A stretch of 52,123 bases of DNA, taken from NCBI GenBank assembly GCA_021846165.1, contig JAJZCL010000001.1, forward strand, positions 1 through 52,123, written 5' to 3'. Positions 27,111-35,989 of this stretch are shown one piece after another. Position numbers and translations under genes: made by a program. The notes beneath the pieces were generated by a model, which saw nothing but the letters and a program-made list of their open reading frames with translations, ran no database searches and was not told where the DNA came from. How positions within the stretch are numbered: the stretch's first letter is position 1; the number at the start of each line of letters is the position of its first letter. This stretch comes from Bacillota bacterium. Its GTDB lineage: Bacteria > Bacillota > Bacilli > Alicyclobacillales > SLC66.

Positions 27111-28952
27111 ATGTGCGGCATCACGGGTTACATCGACTGGGAGGAAAAGGAGTCTGATCACATTTTACGGGAAATGAATGTCACACTCGCCTGCCGTGGG
27201 CCAGATGAAGAAGGCAGCGCCCACTCCGGCGCGGCTGCATTCGCTCACAGGCGTCTCGTGGTCATCGACCCTGAAGGCGGCAAACAGCCCATGTGGCGCT
27301 CGGTTAACGGCCATCGCTATCTCATCACTTACAACGGCGAACTGTATAACATGGCGGAACTCAACAACGACCTGACGCAACGCGGTCATCGTCCGCAAAC
27401 CCGCTCGGACACAGAGTTACTGCTGCTTGCGTACATCGAATGGGGTCGCGAGTGCCTGCAAAGACTCAACGGCATATTCGCTTTCGCCATTTGGGACGAA
27501 TCGAACGAGCGCCTGTTTCTGGCACGCGACCGACTCGGCGTCAAACCGTTATTTTACTCTGCACAGTCAGGGTTTATCGCGTTTGGTTCAGAAATCAAGT
27601 CCCTACTTGCGCACCCAAAAGTCCCACCTGAAGTGAATATGGAGGGGTTGGCGGAACTATTCTTGATCGGCCCCGCACGCACGCCGGGTCACGCTATTTT
27701 CAAGCACATCGCGGAGTTGCCTCCCGGCCATTACCTGGCGTTTGATCGCGACCACTTATCTACTGCGGCTTACTGGCGACTGCAAAGTGCGCCGCACGAA
27801 GACGGCCTTGAAACGACGGCGGAACGGGTCGAAGAACTGCTCTATGACGCCGTGTCGCGCCAACTCATTTCCGATGTGCCACTCGCCACCCTGCTTTCCG
27901 GTGGACTCGACTCCAGCGCCGTTTCCGCCTTCGCCGCCGACGCCTTGAGCCGAAATGGCGAACACCTGCACACCTATGCCATCGATTTTGTCGATATGGA
28001 CAAATACTTCATCGCCAACGCTTTTCAAACCGGCAGGGACGCCCCTTGGGCGGAGCGGGTCGCGCAGCACATCGGCAGTGTCCATCACCCTGTGATCATC
28101 AGCACCGCACAGATGACGAAGTACTTACTGCGCCCACTGTACGCGCGTGACCTGCCGGGAATGGCCGATATTGACGCTTCTTTGTTTTTGTTCAGCCAGG
28201 AAATCAAGCGTCACGCCACCGTCGCTTTATCTGGTGAAGCGGCGGACGAGGTGTTTGGCGGCTATCCCTGGTTCCATCGCGAGGACGCGCTTAGTGCCGA
28301 CACGTTCCCTTGGTCTTTGCGCCTGCACGAGCGGATGGCCTGGCTGCAACCTGAATTATTGGCGACCATGAATCCACAAGCGTATGTGCAGAACCGTTAC
28401 CGCGCGGCGCTTGAGGAGGTACCGAGGCTACCCAGTGAAAACCCGTCCGAAGCGCGCATACGGGAAATTTCCTACTTGAGTATCACGCGTTTTTTGCCTA
28501 CTTTGCTTGAGCGCAAAGACCGCATGAGCATGGCGACGGGACTGGAGGTGCGTGTTCCTTTTTGCGATCACCGTCTTGTCGAGTATGTATGGAACATCCC
28601 TTGGGAAATTAAAAATTACGGCAACCAATCCAAGGGGATTTTGCGCAAGGCGCTCGCCGGTTGGCTGCCAAACGATGTGATCGAACGCAAAAAAAGCCCT
28701 TACCCCTCAACGCCAGACCCAATTTACCTTGAAACGGTGCGTGCTAAGTTCGAGGATCTGATGCACGAACCCAGTTCCCCATTGCTCGCGCTCATCAATG
28801 CGCCTTGGCTCAACGAATTGGTCAAGCAAAGCAAGGAAACGACCGCACACCGCCCGTGGTTTGGGCAGATTATGGCCGTGCCGCAAATGTTCGATTATTT
28901 GATCCAAGTGAACGAGTGGTTACGCGCCTATCATGTGCGCCTTGTCAATTGA
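27111..28952 (+). CDS. asnB: Asparagine synthase (glutamine-hydrolysing)
   Basis: MCGITGYI (Ntn Cys2), HRRL.VID, and the SGGLDSS PP-loop. 613 aa. Confidence 0.93.
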   Translation: MCGITGYIDWEEKESDHILREMNVTLACRGPDEEGSAHSGAAAFAHRRLVVIDPEGGKQPMWRSVNGHRYLITYNGELYNMAELNNDLTQRGHRPQTRSDTELLLLAYIEWGRECLQRLNGIFAFAIWDESNERLFLARDRLGVKPLFYSAQSGFIAFGSEIKSLLAHPKVPPEVNMEGLAELFLIGPARTPGHAIFKHIAELPPGHYLAFDRDHLSTAAYWRLQSAPHEDGLETTAERVEELLYDAVSRQLISDVPLATLLSGGLDSSAVSAFAADALSRNGEHLHTYAIDFVDMDKYFIANAFQTGRDAPWAERVAQHIGSVHHPVIISTAQMTKYLLRPLYARDLPGMADIDASLFLFSQEIKRHATVALSGEAADEVFGGYPWFHREDALSADTFPWSLRLHERMAWLQPELLATMNPQAYVQNRYRAALEEVPRLPSENPSEARIREISYLSITRFLPTLLERKDRMSMATGLEVRVPFCDHRLVEYVWNIPWEIKNYGNQSKGILRKALAGWLPNDVIERKKSPYPSTPDPIYLETVRAKFEDLMHEPSSPLLALINAPWLNELVKQSKETTAHRPWFGQIMAVPQMFDYLIQVNEWLRAYHVRLVN

Positions 28953-28982
28953 CGGCTCAGTGATTGCGACCAAAGCGACTGG

Positions 28983-29594
28983 TTAATTCGCAGTGATGCT
29001 GCGGATGATTTGCGTGAGTTCCTTGGCGCACAGATCAAGGTCGTCATTGACGATGAGGTAATCATAGCTGTCCCGACAGTTCAGTTCCAGTTCCGCGCGC
29101 GACAGGCGCTGCTCAATGTTGGCGGGGTCAGTATCCCGTCCATACAGCCGATTGGAAAGTTCAGCCATCGACGGTGGGGAAATAAAAATTGTGCGGATGT
29201 GTTCCGGAAATACTTCCATCGCATCCGCACAACCCAGTACATCCATGTCGGTAATAATATCGTAACCGTTGTCAATCGCGTATTGAATCGTCGGCAAGTG
29301 GGTTCCGTAATACGCGTTCGTGTGGATTTTCTTCCATTCCAAAAACTGACCCTGTTCTATCATCGCTTCAAACTCCGCCGTACTGATAAATGCGTACGGG
29401 TTCAGTTGGCTTTCGCCGGGGCGCATTGGCCTTGTGGTGGCGGACGGCATGTAGTAAACTCCGCTTAAATCCTTCAGGATGCGGCTCAATAGTGTATTTT
29501 TTCCTACTCCAGACGGGCCGGAAAGTATGATGAAATAACCGTTGCGGTTTTTCCGGTCTGCTCTGTGAAAATCAATCAACAACTCGGGAACCAT
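28983..29594 (-). CDS. Guanylate-kinase-family protein (accessory paralogue)
   Basis: FIILSGPSGVGKNTLL (P-loop), SATTRPMRPGE, F.EW......YYGT. It sits outside the usual gmk context and is visibly more AT-rich than its neighbours. Confidence 0.75.
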   Translation of the reverse strand: MVPELLIDFHRADRKNRNGYFIILSGPSGVGKNTLLSRILKDLSGVYYMPSATTRPMRPGESQLNPYAFISTAEFEAMIEQGQFLEWKKIHTNAYYGTHLPTIQYAIDNGYDIITDMDVLGCADAMEVFPEHIRTIFISPPSMAELSNRLYGRDTDPANIEQRLSRAELELNCRDSYDYLIVNDDLDLCAKELTQIIRSITAN

Positions 29595-29776
29595 TCGTTC
29601 TCCCTCACCTGATTCGCTTTCTTTACGGGGTTGTCACATATTATGCAGGCTCCCTCACTCACTGTCAACAAACACCGTCTGGCGACTCGCGTGAAAAACT
29701 ATGAATTCGTTGCAGGAACCTCTAACGCGTTTCGCGAAATTTAATTAATAAGAGTTTACAATCGGTCGAACGGAAA

Positions 29777-32281
29777 GTGATGTTCATGGTGCGTCAAAAC
29801 GGAACACAACCGAGGAGAATCATCCTTAAGGATGGTCGTGTCGCTGAACTGCGTCTGGCGAAGAATGATGAATGCGACCGTGAATTAATTCACGACCTCG
29901 GTCAGCGCGTTTCCAAAGAAAGCTTATACTTGCGATTCATGCACATGATCCATGAATTCAGCAGTTCCCTAATTACCGACATGATCGGCGACGGCGGACC
30001 GAATGGCGCGGCTCTGATGTGCATGTCGGGCAATCAGTTGATCGCCGTCGGCAATTACGTTCGCATCAACGACACCACGGCGGAAGTCGCTTTTTTGGTG
30101 GATGATAGAATCCAAAAAAAAGGCCTCGGCACTTTGCTGTTGGAGTATTTGGCGGAAGTGGCGTGGAATCACGGCATCGTCCGCTTTGAGGCGGACGTCC
30201 TTCGGGATAATTACCAAATGCTGGGAGTCTTTCGCGCCAGCGGGTATGAACTCGTCAGCGAATACGATTCTGACACCCTCCATTTATACCTGTCCCTCAG
30301 CCACACGGACAGCTTCCGCACGCTGCGCGAATCACGGGAGAAGAAGGCGACCGTCGCTTCGCTGCGCGCTTTTTTTGAACCAAAAACGATCGCGGTGATC
30401 GGTGCTTCGCGAGACACGCGCAGTTTGGGTCACTTATTATTGAAAAACCTAGTGCAAAGCGAGTTTTCCGGCACTGTGTACCCCGTCAACCCTACAGCGT
30501 TGTCAGTATCAGCGGTAAAAGCGTACCCCAACATACAATCTGTTCCTGAAACGATCGATCTGGCGATTGTCATGGTTCCCATGACGCAGGTATTGACCAT
30601 TGTCGACCACTGCATTGAGGCGGGCGTCAGCGCCGTCATGATCATCACTGCCGGATTTTCGGATGCGACACCGGAAGGCCTCGAACTTGAACTGGCGGTA
30701 CTTGGCAAACTTCGGGGGGCTGGACGACGGTTGATCGGCCCGAACAGCCTTGGCATGCTCAACACGCAGGCTGACATCCACTTTAACGCTAGCCTTGCAC
30801 CGATCATGCCTTCTGCTGGCGGCATCGCGATTGCCAGCCACTCTGGAGCGCTTGGCATTGCGGTGATCGACTATGCGACCCGCATCGGAGTCGGTGTGTC
30901 TAGTTTTGTCAGCCTGGGCAACCGTGCCGATGTGTCGAGCAATGATTTGCTCCAGTACTGGGAAGACGACGCCAATACCAAGATCATCGTGCTGTACCTC
31001 GAATCCTTCGGAAACCCTCGCAAATTTTGGCGCATCACGCGCAGAATCGGCCACAACAAGCCCATCATCGCCGTCAAAAGCGCGCGTACGCCTAGCGCTC
31101 TGGAGATTTCGAAAACGCGCATGAACACGCTGGCGGCACGCGATGTGGCGGTTGACGCACTGTTCCGCCAAGCAGGCATCATTCGCGTAAACACACTTCA
31201 AGAGCTGTTTGACGTCGCGGCGTTGCTGTCATTTGTGCCACTGCCGCGCGGTCGTAAAGTCGCGGTCGTGACCAATACGGCGGGTGGCGCCGTCATTACG
31301 GTTGACACGATTGTCAGGGAAGGGCTGGAGTTTATCGGTCCCGTCATCAACCTGGGCTTTGAGGCCTTGACAGAGAGTTACCGGGACGTGTTACCACTGG
31401 TGCTGCGCGATCCCACGATCGACGCCTTGGTCGTCATCTTTACGCCTGTTGGGTTTATTGACGAAGACGAGGTCATCAAAGCCATTGCTTCCGCCATCGA
31501 AGAGGTGGTGTTGGACGCTGAACTGGACGAGAACGGGCATCCGATCCTCAAACCAGTGGTGGCCAACTTTCTCTGGAAAGGCGATTTTCTGGTCGATTAC
31601 ATCCAAGCTGGTCCACAGCGCATTCCTGTGTACCCTTTTCCTGAACACGCCATTCGCGCATTGTCGAAAGTAGCGACATATGCGGAGTTCAGGGATAAGG
31701 AACAAGGTGTCGCCCCCATTTTCGAAGATGTGGATCTTGAATCCATTCGCTCTTACGTTCGTCAATTTGCCGTGAAAGGCGATACGCACTTGACTTCGAG
31801 CGCTTCGCTTGAGTTGTTGCGCATACTCGGAGTCACATTTGCCGCTGATACGGTGACCCGCATTGCCGATTCGGGCGCCGCTTCTGAAAGGAAGCCACTG
31901 TACTCTCGCGAGATCGCCATCGACATCACCTACGACAACTTGTTCGGTCCGATCATGCACCTGCGTGTTTACCACAACATCCACAACGCAGATCGCATCA
32001 CATACACCATCCCCAAAGTCAAAGAAGCGAGCCGCATTATGCCGCTCACAGATCTTGATGCGCGAGAACTGATTAATACAACTTATTACTTAGCAAAAAC
32101 GTCTGCCGAGGAAAGGCTTCAAGAAACGGAAAGCATCATTCTGGCTGGATTTATCTTGCGCCTATCCATCTTGATTGACGCCGTGCCGGAAATTCATCGG
32201 ATTCGCATCGACAAATTAGAAATTCTACAGAGCGGGATCTTGCTAGACCAAATGCGCGTTCGCCTTAATCCTACAGAATAA
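29777..32281 (+). CDS. Pat-like protein acetyltransferase: N-terminal GNAT fused to an NDP-forming acyl-CoA-synthetase-like region
   Basis: Residues ~15-175 form a GNAT domain (VDDRIQKKGLGTLLLEY is the Q/RxxGxG/A acetyl-CoA site). They are followed by a CoA-binding Rossmann fold (FFEPKTIAVIGASRD...VYPVNP), a succinyl-CoA-ligase-like segment (LIGPNSLGM, IASHSGALG), and VAVVTNTAGGAV. The start may be ATG 29780 or 29786. Confidence 0.8.
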   Translation: MMFMVRQNGTQPRRIILKDGRVAELRLAKNDECDRELIHDLGQRVSKESLYLRFMHMIHEFSSSLITDMIGDGGPNGAALMCMSGNQLIAVGNYVRINDTTAEVAFLVDDRIQKKGLGTLLLEYLAEVAWNHGIVRFEADVLRDNYQMLGVFRASGYELVSEYDSDTLHLYLSLSHTDSFRTLRESREKKATVASLRAFFEPKTIAVIGASRDTRSLGHLLLKNLVQSEFSGTVYPVNPTALSVSAVKAYPNIQSVPETIDLAIVMVPMTQVLTIVDHCIEAGVSAVMIITAGFSDATPEGLELELAVLGKLRGAGRRLIGPNSLGMLNTQADIHFNASLAPIMPSAGGIAIASHSGALGIAVIDYATRIGVGVSSFVSLGNRADVSSNDLLQYWEDDANTKIIVLYLESFGNPRKFWRITRRIGHNKPIIAVKSARTPSALEISKTRMNTLAARDVAVDALFRQAGIIRVNTLQELFDVAALLSFVPLPRGRKVAVVTNTAGGAVITVDTIVREGLEFIGPVINLGFEALTESYRDVLPLVLRDPTIDALVVIFTPVGFIDEDEVIKAIASAIEEVVLDAELDENGHPILKPVVANFLWKGDFLVDYIQAGPQRIPVYPFPEHAIRALSKVATYAEFRDKEQGVAPIFEDVDLESIRSYVRQFAVKGDTHLTSSASLELLRILGVTFAADTVTRIADSGAASERKPLYSREIAIDITYDNLFGPIMHLRVYHNIHNADRITYTIPKVKEASRIMPLTDLDARELINTTYYLAKTSAEERLQETESIILAGFILRLSILIDAVPEIHRIRIDKLEILQSGILLDQMRVRLNPTE

Positions 32282-32363
32282 TGGTTTAAGGCACCGCTGA
32301 TCTGTGGTAGTGTAAAGCTATCCCATCATTATGATGATTATGAATCAAGGGAGTGCATAAAGA

Positions 32364-33188
32364 GTGGGACATGATCCGGAGTTGCATCCTACACCCCATC
32401 GTTTTCTACCCATCATTGAACCGGAAGATGCCCAGGTTCAGGAATTGAAGAACTTGCTTCATCAAAGTCACCGAACGGTCGTCATTAGCGGCGCTGGCAT
32501 GAGTACCGAATCGGGAATTCCCGATTTTCGCTCTGAAAACGGTTTCTGGGAAGAGGCAGATATCCTTTCCAAGATGTCCGATGCGCACTTAAATGCACAA
32601 CCAGAAGATTTTTGGCTGCACTTTAAACAAACGTTCATGAATCCGAGGTTCATGTCTGCAGTTCCGAATGAAGGCCATTTGGCTTTAGCGGAAGTCGCCG
32701 CCGTTGGCAAGCAGATCAAGATTTTCACGCAAAATGTCGACGGCTTACATCAAATGGCGGGGAGCATGAACGTATATGAACTGCACGGCAACATCCGCCA
32801 CGCCTTCTGCCCGAAGTGCCATACGCGTTACGGCATATCGCACATCCTCGCCGAAGATGTGCCGCACTGCAATTATTTCGATATGAAAGGGAACGAGTGC
32901 CAAGAAGCGCTTCATCCGGATGTCGTGCTTTTTGATCAGATGGTTCGCCATATGGAAGACGCATTCTACGCTGTAGTTCGCGCCGACTTGCTGTTGGTGC
33001 TAGGCACGTCGCTCCTGGTCGACCCGGTTGCCAGCTTACCCCAGTACGTGTCGGCAGAACACAAGCTGGCTATTGTCAATTTGGATGAAACCTACATCGA
33101 CAAACGCGCCGATCTCGTGATTCACGCCAGTGTCGGTCGCACCGTCAGTCGCGCAATTGAGCAACTTTTTTCGATGCCGGGGTATTGA
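32364..33188 (+). CDS. cobB: NAD-dependent protein deacylase (Sir2/CobB family)
   Basis: VVISGAGMSTESGIPDFRS, QNVDGLH, ELHGN (catalytic His), the Zn ribbon CPKC...HC....C, and LGTSL.V.P. Confidence 0.9.
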   Translation: MGHDPELHPTPHRFLPIIEPEDAQVQELKNLLHQSHRTVVISGAGMSTESGIPDFRSENGFWEEADILSKMSDAHLNAQPEDFWLHFKQTFMNPRFMSAVPNEGHLALAEVAAVGKQIKIFTQNVDGLHQMAGSMNVYELHGNIRHAFCPKCHTRYGISHILAEDVPHCNYFDMKGNECQEALHPDVVLFDQMVRHMEDAFYAVVRADLLLVLGTSLLVDPVASLPQYVSAEHKLAIVNLDETYIDKRADLVIHASVGRTVSRAIEQLFSMPGY

Positions 33189-33233
33189 CAATATTATATC
33201 TATCAATTATCAATGCAATCTCGTTTATGTATT

Positions 33234-33262
33234 TTACAAATTAAATGGATTATTTGTATAAT
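33234..33262 (+). promoter_or_regulatory. Candidate sigma-A promoter for the MCP-like gene trio
   Basis: TTACAA (33234-33239), 17 nt, TATAAT (33257-33262), inside a very AT-rich intergenic region. Confidence 0.45.
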
Positions 33263-33313
33263 AAAAAAACAGGGTTTCTTCACGTTGTGATTTCGTAATG
33301 AAGAAGGGAAAAT

Positions 33314-34147
33314 GTGAATAGTTTAATGATTCAAAATCAAGAAGACATGGCAACGCATCAAATTCAACTGCTCACCTTGTCCGCACCCAGAAATTCGTAC
33401 ATTTTGTTCATCGACGAAATCGGAAAGGTGGCGTTTGTACAAAAATCATCTCGCTTTCCTTTTCCGTTTGAACTCGGTCAGCACATCGACGATCCCGGCC
33501 TGAAAATTACCAACACGGCAAAAGCATGGCATAGTCGTGAGTATTTAGAGGCGGAGGGTAACCCTAAGAACTTTGGCTTTAACTATGTCACAAAGACAAT
33601 GCCTCTAAAGCATAATGACGGAACATTCGCGGGTGTGATTACCGTCATATTCCCGGGTAATAATTCGAAAATTCTGGAACAGGGGGTCAGCAACCTTTCC
33701 AATCAGGTAAGTGTCATCAATCAACTGGGTGAGGACATGCTTCGCGCGGCAACAGATAAATCTGCAAGCAATGAAGGATTGATCAAGCGAGTCATTGAGT
33801 TGCAGACTCATGCGAAAACGCTATCTGAAATCAATACGATCGTCGTGGAAGTGGCGAACCAAACCAATCTTCTAGGCATCAACGCCGCCATCGAAGCGGC
33901 CAGGGTTGGCGAAGAAGGCAAAGGGTTTTCACTGGTGGCAAACGAGATCCGCAGACTGTCGATCACCGTTAAGGAATCATCAAAACAAGTGAATGAGAAG
34001 ATCAACGAAATTTTTAATGATATCGGGATCATCCATCACTCCGTTCAAGTCAGTAGTATCGGCAACGAAGAAATGACCACACAACTGCACGAGCTTTTTG
34101 AAAGTATAGATCATGTGCATAAAACGTCCATTTCGTTGTTTAGTTAA
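33314..34147 (+). CDS. Soluble methyl-accepting-chemotaxis-like protein, paralogue 1
   Basis: No TM segment. N-terminal ~130-aa sensor-like domain ([12 protein letters not shown]...[26 protein letters not shown]...GVITVIFP). C-terminal MCP hairpin tip: [37 protein letters not shown]. Confidence 0.8.
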   Translation: MNSLMIQNQEDMATHQIQLLTLSAPRNSYILFIDEIGKVAFVQKSSRFPFPFELGQHIDDPGLKITNTAKAWHSREYLEAEGNPKNFGFNYVTKTMPLKHNDGTFAGVITVIFPGNNSKILEQGVSNLSNQVSVINQLGEDMLRAATDKSASNEGLIKRVIELQTHAKTLSEINTIVVEVANQTNLLGINAAIEAARVGEEGKGFSLVANEIRRLSITVKESSKQVNEKINEIFNDIGIIHHSVQVSSIGNEEMTTQLHELFESIDHVHKTSISLFS

Positions 34148-34167
34148 CATATAAAGGGGTAATTCCG

Positions 34168-35004
34168 GTGAACTTCGTTCACGAGATGACTGAAGAAGAG
34201 ATTGCCAAGGCAAGTGTAGAGTTGTTAATCAAAATGGCACCAAACGATAGTTACGTCATTTACATGGATCAAAACGGGGAGGTAAAAGGCATAAAAACAT
34301 CTCCTATTTTCCCATTCAAGATCAGTGTTGGCGACCACATCGAACAGGATCACTTAAAGAACACGAACACTGCAAAAAGCTGGCGCGATCGCAAGTATTA
34401 CGAGGCAGAGGGCAATCCCGCTTCGTTCGGATTCCCGTACTCATCAAAGTCAGTGCCCATCTTCGAAAACGGAAATTTTCACGGAATCGTTTCTGTGATT
34501 TTTCCTACCGATACCAGCGAACATCTGGAAACTGGCATTAATCAGTTGACAGATCGAGTCGGAGGCATCCGTGATATAAGCCATAAAATGCGCAACGAAG
34601 GGGAGGCGCAAACGAAGAGCGCCGAGGAAATCACCAAACGCGTGGAAGAGATGCACAAGCACACGCAGGGACTCCTTGAAATTAACTCACTAGTGACGGA
34701 AGTCGCTTCGCAAACCAATTTGCTAGGGTTGAATGCGGCCATCGAAGCGGCAAAAGCGGGGGACATGGGCAGGGGGTTTGGCGTAGTGGCCGATGAAATC
34801 CGCAGGCTTTCCTTGACCGTGACAGACTCGTCGACACGTGTCAATCATAAAATAGACGAAATCATTGAAGACATTCAATACATCGACCAAGCCATTCATC
34901 ATAACGCGAAGGACAATGAAGTGTTGTTTCAACAATTGCATCACTTGTCCAACAACATTCAACAGGTTCACGAAACTGCGCTGCAATTGGTCAAGCTGTA
35001 TTAG
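34168..35004 (+). CDS. Soluble methyl-accepting-chemotaxis-like protein, paralogue 2
   Basis: Collinear with paralogue 1 ([13 protein letters not shown]...[25 protein letters not shown]...GIVSVIFP; [37 protein letters not shown]). GTG start with an AAAGGGG RBS. Confidence 0.8.
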   Translation: MNFVHEMTEEEIAKASVELLIKMAPNDSYVIYMDQNGEVKGIKTSPIFPFKISVGDHIEQDHLKNTNTAKSWRDRKYYEAEGNPASFGFPYSSKSVPIFENGNFHGIVSVIFPTDTSEHLETGINQLTDRVGGIRDISHKMRNEGEAQTKSAEEITKRVEEMHKHTQGLLEINSLVTEVASQTNLLGLNAAIEAAKAGDMGRGFGVVADEIRRLSLTVTDSSTRVNHKIDEIIEDIQYIDQAIHHNAKDNEVLFQQLHHLSNNIQQVHETALQLVKLY

Positions 35005-35048
35005 ATTGTTTTATGATTTTAATTTTTAAAAATTGATCGGAGGGTACT

Positions 35049-35867
35049 ATGTTAAACATAAGGGATTTAATTCCTTTTTTGCCTTTCATCAAAAGTACTT
35101 ATACTGAGGATACCCATCTGATCTTATTGGATCAAAACGAAGTGATCGCCTCGCTGCCAGGCGACACCATTAATTTGGGCGTTAAGGCTGGTTTGCCTAT
35201 GGAGAAATTAAAACACACGGTGACTTATCGCACTAAAATCGAAAAACGTGTATTGCGTGATGAACGAGGGCCTGAACATTTTGGTGTTGCTTACATTGCG
35301 TCGGCGGTTCCTGTTTTCGACAACCCTCAAAACACTGGCGAACCCATTGGATACCTCACAGCCGTCACGTCGATCAAATCACTTCAGGAACTACGCGCAA
35401 ATGCTCATGAACTTGCCGCCACTGTGGAACAACTCAGCGCCACCACGGACGAGATCGCAAATGCGTCGTCAAGCATTTCACATGATGCCAGTTCGCTTGC
35501 AGACTATGTAGGCAAAATGTCCGTGAACGTTAAAAACATCAGTGAAATCGTAAAGTTTGTTCAGGAGATATCCTCGCAATCTAATTTATTAGGGTTAAAT
35601 GCGGCGATTGAAGCCGCACGAGCGGGGGAAGCGGGCCGCGGCTTCGGGGTGGTTTCGGACGAGATTCGCAAAATGGCGACGCAGAGCAAGGACTCTGCCG
35701 GAAAAATTCGTCAGATGGCGGAAGAGTTACAAAACGCCTTAAATTACCTAAATGATACCGTCAAGCGTGTGGCTGATAATCAGATGCAACACTCTGAAAG
35801 CGTGAATGAACTTCGCGCTGTGTTTGAACACATCGCGAATGTAGCGAGCAGTTTGTCACAACGTTAA
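35049..35867 (+). CDS. Soluble methyl-accepting-chemotaxis-like protein, paralogue 3 (more diverged sensor domain)
   Basis: [44 protein letters not shown] is a canonical MCP signalling tip. The N-terminal domain is only loosely similar to paralogues 1 and 2 ([19 protein letters not shown]). GGAGGG RBS. Confidence 0.8.
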   Translation: MLNIRDLIPFLPFIKSTYTEDTHLILLDQNEVIASLPGDTINLGVKAGLPMEKLKHTVTYRTKIEKRVLRDERGPEHFGVAYIASAVPVFDNPQNTGEPIGYLTAVTSIKSLQELRANAHELAATVEQLSATTDEIANASSSISHDASSLADYVGKMSVNVKNISEIVKFVQEISSQSNLLGLNAAIEAARAGEAGRGFGVVSDEIRKMATQSKDSAGKIRQMAEELQNALNYLNDTVKRVADNQMQHSESVNELRAVFEHIANVASSLSQR

Positions 35868-35989
35868 TCCGACACATCTGCAGAAGTAACGAAAAGGGGT
35901 GATAATCTTGCATGGTGGATAGTGGATGGAAGATGAGCATCTAGTTTAACTTCAACATTGGTTATGTTTTAATCGGAAGGGATGATAGA

